In this document: piece after piece, positions 54,401-64,000 of the stretch
Position numbering within the stretch: the first letter of the stretch is position 1
How the letters are laid out: every line of letters starts with the position of its first letter
DNA from: Tubulanus polymorphus
Lineage: Eukaryota; Animalia; Nemertea
Assembly: GCF_964204645.1 (NCBI RefSeq)
Contig: NC_134036.1
Span: 6,354,600-6,418,599 of the forward strand
Length of the DNA: 64,000 nt
Reading direction: 5' to 3'
The notes under the pieces: generated by a model
Database searches by the model: none
Told to the model about the DNA's origin: nothing
Seen by the model: the letters and a program-made list of their open reading frames with translations, nothing else
Program-made: the position numbers and the translations under genes

Positions 54401-57400
54401 TCCCGTATCAAGAATGTGTCGTTGTTTGTTGAATTCATCGTTCTCAGTGTTTCATTTTCGGAATCATTTCTTTCCGTTTCGCAAATGAAACTCGTGTGAA
54501 CCTCTTCGATTCCGCAGGGGAATCGAACCCAGTTCGCTGATCCGCGTGGATTATTCAGTATCATCGCTGCACACGGCATATTGACGTCATTTATCGGTTG
54601 TTTTCTAAGAGGAGATATCAATCCTTGGATAACTTCTGGTATCGTGTCGTTATTTGTAGGTTTATACCACTCTGTGTAGCTCAATGGTTTCCCGTCAGAC
54701 CACGTGTAAGAACTAGATCTAGCCTGGAAATTTAAGTGGCATATATATTATTATATGTACATCATATATATCATTACATGTAATCTGTTGCCATTAGTAG
54801 TTTTTAACGAGCTCATCTAAAAATCTACCTGCAGTTTTAATCCAACCATCATTACGAGCGCTTTCAGCGAGTATGCTTTACGAAGAAGTTCCGTGGCAAA
54901 TAATGTCTTAATAGAAATCATTTCCTGTTCTGAGTTGATACTGAGTAGATGTCTCGCGTACTTCTGTCTACAGTACAATTCAGCATTCTCCCAATTCAGA
55001 CGTTTATCTCTGATGTATTTCACGCATGAAATTCCTGAATCTAGGAATCCTGTTTTACAGACATTTTCAAACTGTTTTATCGGTAACGACTGTTCTAATA
55101 TGTATTGTATTTGAAATATCGGGATCTGACCTTTTACCTCAATTTGCAAATCTGCATAAGTAAGACTATAAAATACAAGACCCGGTATCGCGTTATTGTC
55201 ACATATTTTACTTTGGTGCTCCTGCGATTGGCCGGGGCCTGCGGTGATGAAACGTTTGATAACTATAGGGTCAAAGCTATCCCCTTCTCTCTTCGCACAC
55301 GGTATCTTTGCGATAGATTTTATTATGCATCTAAAGTATAACATTTTATATCTCCTTCGAATACGTATTTTATATGACAGTAGTTCATTGGTTTTATCCG
55401 CCAATCCTGGGTACATTGGTGACTGAATAATTCCACACGTTACCACGACGTTACTTTGTCGTTCCCTTATTTTCAACAACCGTTGACATTTACTCCGTAG
55501 TTCAACTAGCAATGGAAAGGTAATGAATGCTTGATCATAAGATACACGGACAGTGTTTAACACAAGACCGCTATTAAGGAACTGGCTATTCAACCGCGTG
55601 TGACAGTGTCTGTATGGAATGTGATCCTGAAAACATCGGTCAACTTGATATTCATGCTTCGATAATATGATAATGTATCTTAGAGAAAGGCGTCGGTTTT
55701 CGGGTGTAATCACGAGACAGTGAGACGTCATATTGATTTGACGTTCTCCTTCCTTTAAAACGTACCCGTAACAGTCGGTAGGACGAAATCTGAGATATGA
55801 ATAATAACTATCGACTGTTAACCAACCGTCCCAGCTATAAGCGTATCCTACTACGGTGACCGATCCACCTGATGTAATCAGACTGACAACTGATCGACTA
55901 AAGTCATTGCCGGGACAATACGGACCGTAGCGTCTAGCCGTGAAATTACCACCGTCGTATATGTAAAATCCTGCTCGCTCGCAGTTCTCTGATAAAACTG
56001 TTAGTTCCATCTTCTCTTCATAGATAGCGACTCTTAATCCAAACACTTTTCTAGTGACGCGATATCTCATCGAGTTCTTCTCTGGAGTTGGGAACAGTGA
56101 TTGTGATGTCATTTCCTTAGATTCCTGGACATAAATGAGTTATCATTAACTTCTTGAAACTATTATCTGTTTATTATTATATAGTGATACATAGTAACCT
56201 TATATAAAATGTGTGACTCACCCAACCTTTGTAGACCTCCATATCTTCTATCGAAATTGATTCAACTTTGTACGCTATTTCAAACGTCACATCGTCGTGA
56301 AGTGTTGCTTTCAAAACGCACAGTACGACGAGAAAGCCGTCAGATTTGACACTCAGTGATTCCAGGTAGTTGTAACTGAGTAAAACATCAGTTCCTACTA
56401 CGCGTAACCCTTCTAGTTTATATACACCGATGACGCCACCGGATGTGCTGAGATCACGTGTCCAGTTGAAGACGACGTACTGTAACACCTGCACTGTGAT
56501 AGACCAGCAGTGTAAGTGTTTTGATCGAGTTATTACGTGTAAACTGTTGTCATCGGGAATGAGCACTCCCGACTCGTTATTAGAGATCTGAATCAACGGA
56601 TTAGAGACGTTCCAATCAGATATTTTATAAAGTTGAACCACAAGCTGTGATTTGATTAGAATTTTATAGGATACTAAAGTAGCCTTGTTCGTTTTAGTAT
56701 AAAATGAGGATGGTGGATGTCCGGATTGTTGGCGTATAAGACCTATCGGTTCACTGCTGGAGTTCCATCCGTCGTGAATTTTAAATGGTGTCTTGACGTA
56801 ATACCGTGATTTGATATTGATGAGGGTTAGATTCATTCCTAAACCGTCTGGCATTCCTATCCATTCAAGAAACATTGTACAAAAACGAATAAATAAATTG
56901 AATTTGTATCCCATTGGTGTTTTTAATTCATTCACGTTGAGAAATGAGTTTCCACAGTTGCCGCTGATTCTCAATCGGCTTCGTCCATAACGATACATGA
57001 TATAAACCCGACTTCCTCGCGCACCATCGATGCGGCTCTTAAACATCAACAAGATCGAATCTTTGCGGCGGATTTCATGTTTTCCGTTACTGCAGAATCT
57101 GATATCAGCCTCATAGACGAGAAGGTAGTTATCACTACAGAATATTGACGGCTCGATGTCGTAGTAAAATTGGACGAGAAAAGTTCCCGGTAAAGAGCTG
57201 TTGATGAACAAACGACATTCAACACCGCGCGATAACGACGGGTAATTCGGTGAAACGATGTAACCGGACGTAGAATCTAGCGGGTACCACGTGTTGTTAC
57301 AAGACGAACTTACCGTCACAGACGATTCCTCGATAGAGTCTGCGCGATCAGCGCGCGCGATGCGAACTTGACAGACGATCAGCGACGCTATAAACAGCGC

Positions 57401-57430
57401 TCTCAGTCGCTGCTCCATACCGAACAACAT
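51493..57430 (-). pseudogene. GPCR copy C: GRL101-like receptor; exons 57430-56222, 56124-54829, 54723-51493
   Basis: Phase-0 introns 56221-56125 and 54828-54724. One in-frame TGA at 53421-53419 (TCA AGA>TCC TGA). Also missense changes at conserved sites: CUB W>L, CTL2 C>Y, LRRNT C>S. Confidence 0.88.
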
Positions 57431-57828
57431 AACTGCGACAGAATGAACGAAATTCGTCAAGTGACAGAGAATCTGTCATTGGTCGGATGACGATCCAATT
57501 ACATCCAATCAGAAAATTCGCTCGCCGAGTCGAAAATGCTTCTAGTATTTTCATTAAAAATACGTACGTTGCAAATTCAACTCACGAAAATATAATAATG
57601 CAATATGATATAGAAAATTCACGAGATTTTAGTGATTCTAGTTTTAGTTTGTTAACTGACTGCAATATGTTATAAGTCCATATAATTCATTGATTAAACC
57701 TCGAACACTTTAACAAGCCGAGTTTTATCCGCGCAGAAATATTCCGATCCAAATTTCCGATGTAATGAATATGTTTGCATCAAATGTATAGACAATTTCG
57801 TTTATCTCTTTCTTCGACATATGGATCG

Positions 57829-57987
57829 TCACGGGTCTAGCGGGTACCACGTGTTGTTACAAGACGAACTTACCGTCACAGACGATTCCTCGATAGAGGC
57901 TGCGCGATCAGCGCGCGCGATGCGAACTTGACGGACGATCAGCGACGCTATAAACAGCGCTCTCAGCCGCTGCTCCATACCGAACAT
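57829..57987 (-). pseudogene. 5' stub of a fourth (B-type) GPCR copy
   Basis: MFGMEQRLRALFIASLIV..CNNTWYPLD, then an abrupt junction. Upstream 58020-58700 matches the copy B upstream region 40056-40770. Confidence 0.9.
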
Positions 57988-58286
57988 CGTCACTGCGACG
58001 AAATGAACGAAATTCGTCAAGTTTCACAGAATCGTTTATTGGTCGGATCATAATCCAGTCAGAAAATTCGTTCCACCGACTGGAATATTTCTTAATACAG
58101 TTTTAGTAGAAATGCGCTCACTACAAATTCAACCAACGGATAAAAAATAAACCAACGGCATACAGAATTTCATGTTTCTATTTTCGCAATTATTCTAGGT
58201 GTGATTCGTTCCAATATTATATTTCTCATTTCTATTTGAGTTGTGTTTGTTAAGTTATTATACCCCCATACTCCCAGAACACCGAT

Positions 58287-58384
58287 GCCCAGTTTAATAG
58301 ACTCAAACTTTAACCCGGGGGCTAACTCAATTGAAAATGAATAAAGTTAGCCCTAAAGATGATACCAGTCTATAAAACCCGGCC
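58287..58384. mobile_element. Hairpin MITE, paralog of 40334-40441 with the central loop inverted
   Basis: Same arms and flanks; the loop is the reverse complement. Confidence 0.78.
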
Positions 58385-58704
58385 GGGAATTTTACCCGAG
58401 CAGAAGAAAAAAACCTTCTCATCCGGTTTATCGATTCCGTAGACCTTCAACCAAAAATATATGGATAAAGTCTTACTGTATTTCTTCATATGGATCACGA
58501 ACGTTGTGTATATTCTCAAAACTCATCCATGATATTTGATTAAGAATGATTTTTATCTTAATTCAAATTCTAAGCAATTTTGAGTCTAGAATTGCGCATA
58601 CTGGAACGTATTTTTTTTCCATGAAAAAACCAGTCGATATCAAGACCGCTGTTAATTTGATTAATATACAGATTATGAAAAGTGAATCAAACTCAATCTC
58701 ATTG

Positions 58705-59630
58705 GTCACTCACAGATATGGGTTTACTCAAAAATACATTATTTTTGGTTTACTATATAACAAATGGGCAGTTCATAAGCTGCAGTTAAGATTTTTCAGG
58801 TTCCTAATGGGGCTTCATTCTAAGGTTACTATTTATCCTATTTTTTAGTGATTTAGGAGAGGTTCCATTTATATCGATATTACTATTTCAGCTTTGTAGT
58901 ACTGGATATCAGTTATGTCGTCGAATAATAGCGCATCATTGATGTACTTGTCCTTTTTAGAACAATATAAAGATGCCAGGGAGGGCAATTTCAATTATGT
59001 ATCTACTGTTAAATCAGTTCCATCAAATTTAGGGTACTCAAATGTTTGGAACAATTTGGATCATTATTCAAATAGCATTATTTTGGTTATTAGAAAGCGT
59101 CTGACAATTATATTTGTGGATCTCTGGCAAATATTTATTCGTACTAAAAGATTTTAACCTCAGAAATGCTGTTGCTAAATTACGGACGTCTACCCACAGC
59201 TACTAATTAAAAAAAGATAGACACCGCGGTATAGAAAAGGAAAAACGTTTGTGCGATATCTGTTATGTGTTAGACGATGAATGTCACTTTTTGTTCCATT
59301 GTAAAAGGATCGCTAATCTAAGAAAGGAATTAAATATATCTATCCTAGACGTATAAGTTTAATCTCCACTTTCGGCAACATAAATCCAACACCCAGTTAG
59401 TTGTTCAGATTCATTAAACTCGGTTTGCCATTGTCCTTATATTTCTTCGATTAATGTTTTTTTCTTTATATTTTCAATTATGTTTTTCTTCATCTGTAAT
59501 TAATGTTAATTATGCCTCATTTTATTGCTTGTTTAACTCATATTATGTATACACTTGATTTTACCGAAACTGTATTAGTTGAAAACAATGGGTTTTTTAA
59601 AATGTTTATGCTGAATAAAGGGTGAATTGA
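58705..59630 (+). mobile_element. Degraded 5'-truncated LINE (ORF2 C-terminus with CCHC finger)
   Basis: Remnants VHKLQLRFFRFLMGLHSK, LGYSNVW and CDICYVLDDECHFLFHC; AATAAA plus (GAATT) tail; ATTG duplicated at 58701-58704/59631-59634; absent at the paralogous site ~40770. Confidence 0.8.
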
Positions 59631-61468
59631 ATTGAACACGAATCTCTATTATGAGGCTCATCGAGTCTCGGTAGAACCTGATCTGACTTGAGATTTGGAT
59701 TTAAAAATCTAACGTATACATTTTGTTTATCATGCGTGTAACGAATTCGCACGAAGTGTCGCGTATTCTGGGCTTAATCCCTTTTGTCTCGTGATAATTT
59801 CTTCTAATAAACTAATGTTCGTTATCTGAGCAGTCCGCAAACATCGATGCCGAATTGTAAAATTCGAAATTCGGACAGAATTCACGACAGATTAAAGGCT
59901 TGGCGTTAAAAACATCTATTAGTTCAGCATAGTTGGGTGTTTTTAGGCAATCTTATGCCTTACTTTGTGATAGAAGTAACGATTTCTCATCGAAAAAGTC
60001 TGAACTTTGCACTGGGCCAAGTTGCACTGTCGTGACCGAAGTCCAAAAGTGGTCTTAAATCATAAGACTGGTCTTTAGCCGTTAGATCGGGTATATAATG
60101 AAGTTGGTCTAAGATTAGTCTTAAATCTAAGGCATGACTGGATTCAAACGACATTGTGGAGTAAGATAGATTAGAAGATTAGAGCTGAACAAATGCATTC
60201 GCCTATATCAGCATTTCTGAAATTCTAGAATTTCTCGAGAGTGATGCTGAACAGATATTACAGCAAGGCGTATATATGTAAAACGCCTCGAGGCAGTTAC
60301 TGTAAAAACGGTCTAAACTTTGTGTGCACGACAGCGGTTTTCAGTATGTATCATGTATCCGTCTAGATCAAATATATCCCCGAGGATTTCGATTTGCTAG
60401 AAAACCAGCGAATAATTCAGATACAAATCACAATAACATTAAGACCTAACTAACGCACGCTGGAATTAAACCGTTTTTGCAAAATTAATTGCTAATTGAT
60501 ATGGTTGGACGCTATTGAAATATGTACATGTTCAGTCTAGTTATTTCTGGCTTAGTGGCGATTGCCGAGTGCTGCCTGCTGTTTAGTGAGCAAAACGGTT
60601 CCGATAAAATATCTGAAATTTATCCCGGTATTGTGAGTACGTAGATGCCGCAAAGTATTGTAATAAGTTGGTCCAATCATTTTCCAAATCAGGGCCTAAA
60701 ACGACGCAATGCAATGTGAAAAGCGCAAAACAACGCAATGTTAAATTTACTAAAATATGAGAAATATTTCTGGTAGTTTCTACCACCCTAGTATTTTGAT
60801 AGTTTTTCATTGCAATATGTCATATCGATAATATTGTTTGATTGGGATCTACATAAACTATTTCTGATTCGGAATAGCCGTCATTCGTGATAATATGCTA
60901 GAATTAACCGAAAAAGATACGAATGTGGAATAAGCACGGTGTCTGATATTGATTGTCATTATAATGCAATCAAATCATGCTTACGTTGAGCATTTGACGC
61001 GGTAAGAATTGTAGGTTTAGAGCGCTGCGATTCGTACAGCGAGTGTAAGGCACGTGGATTGCGTTTACACAGAGGACAGCGTGCGCGCGGCAGCGAAATG
61101 TGGCGGAAACTTTCTTGTGAAAATATATCGTCGAAGTAACGATTTAAAGGAAGAACTAGAAATGACCATGAATGCGTTGCAAGCCGCGGACGAAACGGCG
61201 TATCCTATTGATCTGACATTTTCTAACTTCGAATCATAAACAGTAAACAAGCCAATCATTGATTAATTTAGTCGCACTTTTATTGAATCTAATTATGACA
61301 CGGAGTTTGACGTCGGAGTTACAAATATCAATTCAATTCGAGTCAAGCTTTTTCTCAACATGCAAAACCTTTTAGGTAACCTGCCGACTGTGGTTTAGTT
61401 TCATAATGGGATATTACCCGAACAACCGCAAATTCATATCCCATTATAGGCCCTTATCGCCATAACGA

Positions 61469-62381
61469 TTAGCTACAAAATCCGGCTATGCATTTTTTGT
61501 CGCAACAGTCAGAGCTATAGTAACAACTATCTGCTTTTTTCATGCAACGTCGAGTCCCTGAAAGTACGAAATTGAAAATGGAATTTTGAAGTGAAATAAG
61601 CTTTTCTTACTTAAGTGAATGTATGATTCCGAACCCAGAGCATATATAGAACCGGTAATGATCCCGACGATTGGGATCTTAGAAGCCACTCATTGTTGTC
61701 GATCATTTAGACGAACGAATGTATTTAAGAGTTGCATGTTCGTAAGATCAATATTTCAGGTCAATTGAATGAACTACTTGCAAAACCAGCTATCCCGCCA
61801 GATGGCGTGATGAGCAGTAGATCGTTCGTTGTCAAAATTAGTTCATTTTCGATTCACTTTGAAATGGATTGTAAGACTCCCGAATCCATGTATTATCACA
61901 GGACTCACCAAATATGAAATACTTTCATTCTTATTATTAGATTTGGAGATTATCTTCATAAATAATTGATTCATTTAAGTGAAGAGTTCATTCAGATTTA
62001 ATTGATTTGAAGAAGAAAATTGAACGCGACAAACTATCTACTAGCGAACCTAACGCATCCTCGCCTGCCATATGCGGAATCCTCGATTACCACATTAGCA
62101 CACTGCGGCTACCCCATTGATTCTAATCAGTATATGAGCATGTAATATTATCTATGAGATCTAATTCGTTGAATTAATTCGTTCGATAATCATCTACTTA
62201 ATCGATAAATAACTACTAAATGTGAACTGATAATTACAAATTTTAATCAATGCGTATAATTCGTGGAATCGTACGAAATCGTGTATTGCATTCCCGGTTA
62301 CTTACGCGCGTCTACAATGGCCACGGCACTGACGACAATCACAGCAACAGCACACATTCGAGTCATTAAATGAGCCAGCAT
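61469..62381 (-). CDS. K1c: knottin precursor, coding exons 62381-62306 and 61557-61469
   Basis: MLAHLMTRMCAVAVIVVSAVAIVDA-RTRR-CMKKADSCYYSSDCCDKKCIAGFCS* (R>I relative to K1a/b); splice sites intact. Confidence 0.88.
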
Positions 62382-63831
62382 TTTCGCGCCTAGAATTTTA
62401 CTAAAATATTTGAAGCCATGGAAATTACAATATCCGTGATAAGACGATGAGCAAAAATCCCACAATGAATCAAAAAAGTTTATTTCAAAATTATAAATAT
62501 TCCGGGTGATTGCCACCACCGATCTTCAGTCTAAAAAAATAATTTAAAAATTACCACTCGGAATATTTCTAATTTCAAATAAGCTTTTTAGATTCATTCA
62601 TATATTGTGGGATTTTAACTCATGAATGATATCTATTAGCAATCACAAATTCTGATTATGCAAAAACTTTCAACGGGCTCTCAGTTAATGAACATTTTGT
62701 CAGGTAATGTACCAGGTTTAGAAAAATGCAGCTCTCTGCATATAACGGGTTTTCTGTATTTCTGGTTTGAATGCTGTTCCATAAGTTCATTCTTTTTTAA
62801 TCTATTGTATCGTATCGTCCTTGCAATCAAAAGGAAAGTACGTTGAAGCCCAAATTTATAGGGTGCATATATAAATGAAGGTTCCAGCGAGAAACATCAA
62901 ACTAAAAGGTAAAGAAGAAATCTCGCTGATATCCGTAACCGTTTGTTCACATAGAATAATCGCGGCTCGTTGTCGAAAATTCAAATGAAATGAAATGATA
63001 AAGAAATGTTAAAGAAATGATAAAGAGCTAAATTTCTGATAAGGCATCGCATTGACTGGAACGGGAACGGTGTTTTCACTCTCCGCATCCTCGTTTAGAC
63101 CCTATCTTAATCCAAATACCATCCGAAATTGACAAAATCAGGACTCGCCATATTTTAGACAAGCGTCGCTAGAATCTATTCTTTGTATGAAATTGATGAA
63201 ATAATTAATCTGCGTTTTTATGTATTTTGTTTAATTCTATTTCTTATTTCAACATTTGATCGTGAAAAATATAGATTTGAATTACCGGTATTTTATCGAC
63301 GGACCTACCTCAGTCGCTTGTTCTGACGTATTCAACTTTTCGAATCGAAAATGTCTCGTTTTCCCGAGCTAGCACAGTCGACGAATGAATAAAACACATC
63401 GCGCGTAAAATAGTATACGTGTTGAAATAGAAATCGAAATTATACAGATATACTACACACAGCTCGATATAGATTGAAACTCGCGTCGATGTGTTTGTTC
63501 AATCGATACGCACCCGGCTCTTCAAAATCGATCCACGCGCATCACCATCTCACTTCACAATGATCCATGAGTATAATGTTTCGAACTTACGGGATATCAT
63601 TATGTATATTTAAATCAGCTGTCGCCTTTCATAATTTATGAATATCAATTTTTCATATGCTGTTTGAGTATTTTCGCTCGTGTGCGGTGAATACCTACAC
63701 AGAACGCATCATTCTGACTAGAAACAGGTCTTAAATTGCGATTGAAAGTGACTATTGAATCCGATCGATATTTTTGATTGGAGGTTTCCTACGCGTGTTT
63801 TGTCGACCACTATGTGCGGTCCCGACTACCG

Positions 63832-64000
63832 TCCTCCCCAGGTAGGGATTCGAACCTGATGGCGTCGCTACACTCGGCCACGGCACGAACCCCTGCCACA
63901 ATAGAACGAATGCGGCACCGATCAGATTGTTCGTTGTATAATCACTAAAGCAAAGTTCACGGAAGAACTATCGATCGGAAAACCCGGACTAAATTGAATA
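63832..64000. mobile_element. Left part of the inverted tRNA-like-arm element, cut by the window end
   Basis: Matches 8016-8180. Confidence 0.7.

Larger units (their letters stand above)
59640..64000. repeat. Third copy of the knottin-bearing intergenic block, running off the window
   Basis: Colinear with 40780-45840 and with 1-8180. Confidence 0.93.

Overview
AT-rich invertebrate metazoan genomic DNA with GT-AG spliceosomal introns; the gene content suggests a lophotrochozoan, but the species cannot be fixed from the window. The window is a segmentally duplicated tandem array with two interleaved gene families. (1) Three ~6 kb, three-exon, minus-strand GRL101-like GPCR genes (signal peptide, several CUB-like domains, two C-type lectin domains, 6-7 LDLa repeats, LRRs, class A 7TM). 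Each is disrupted in exon 3 ahead of an intact LRR-7TM ORF, and a fourth copy survives only as a 5' stub. (2) A family of tiny spliced genes that the ORF track does not show. Each has a conserved signal-peptide exon, a phase-1 intron and a hypervariable exon encoding an inhibitor-cystine-knot (C-C-CC-C-C) peptide. Five copies are intact (K1 x3, K2, K3) and at least three are decayed. Between the genes lie a young 5'-truncated CR1/L2-type LINE, other LINE remnants, MITEs, a ~300-bp element built from two outward-facing tRNA-like arms, an inverted Penelope-type hammerhead repeat, (TA)n tracts and a CAT/CAC-rich minisatellite. All gene models were assembled by hand from the sequence and have no expression support.
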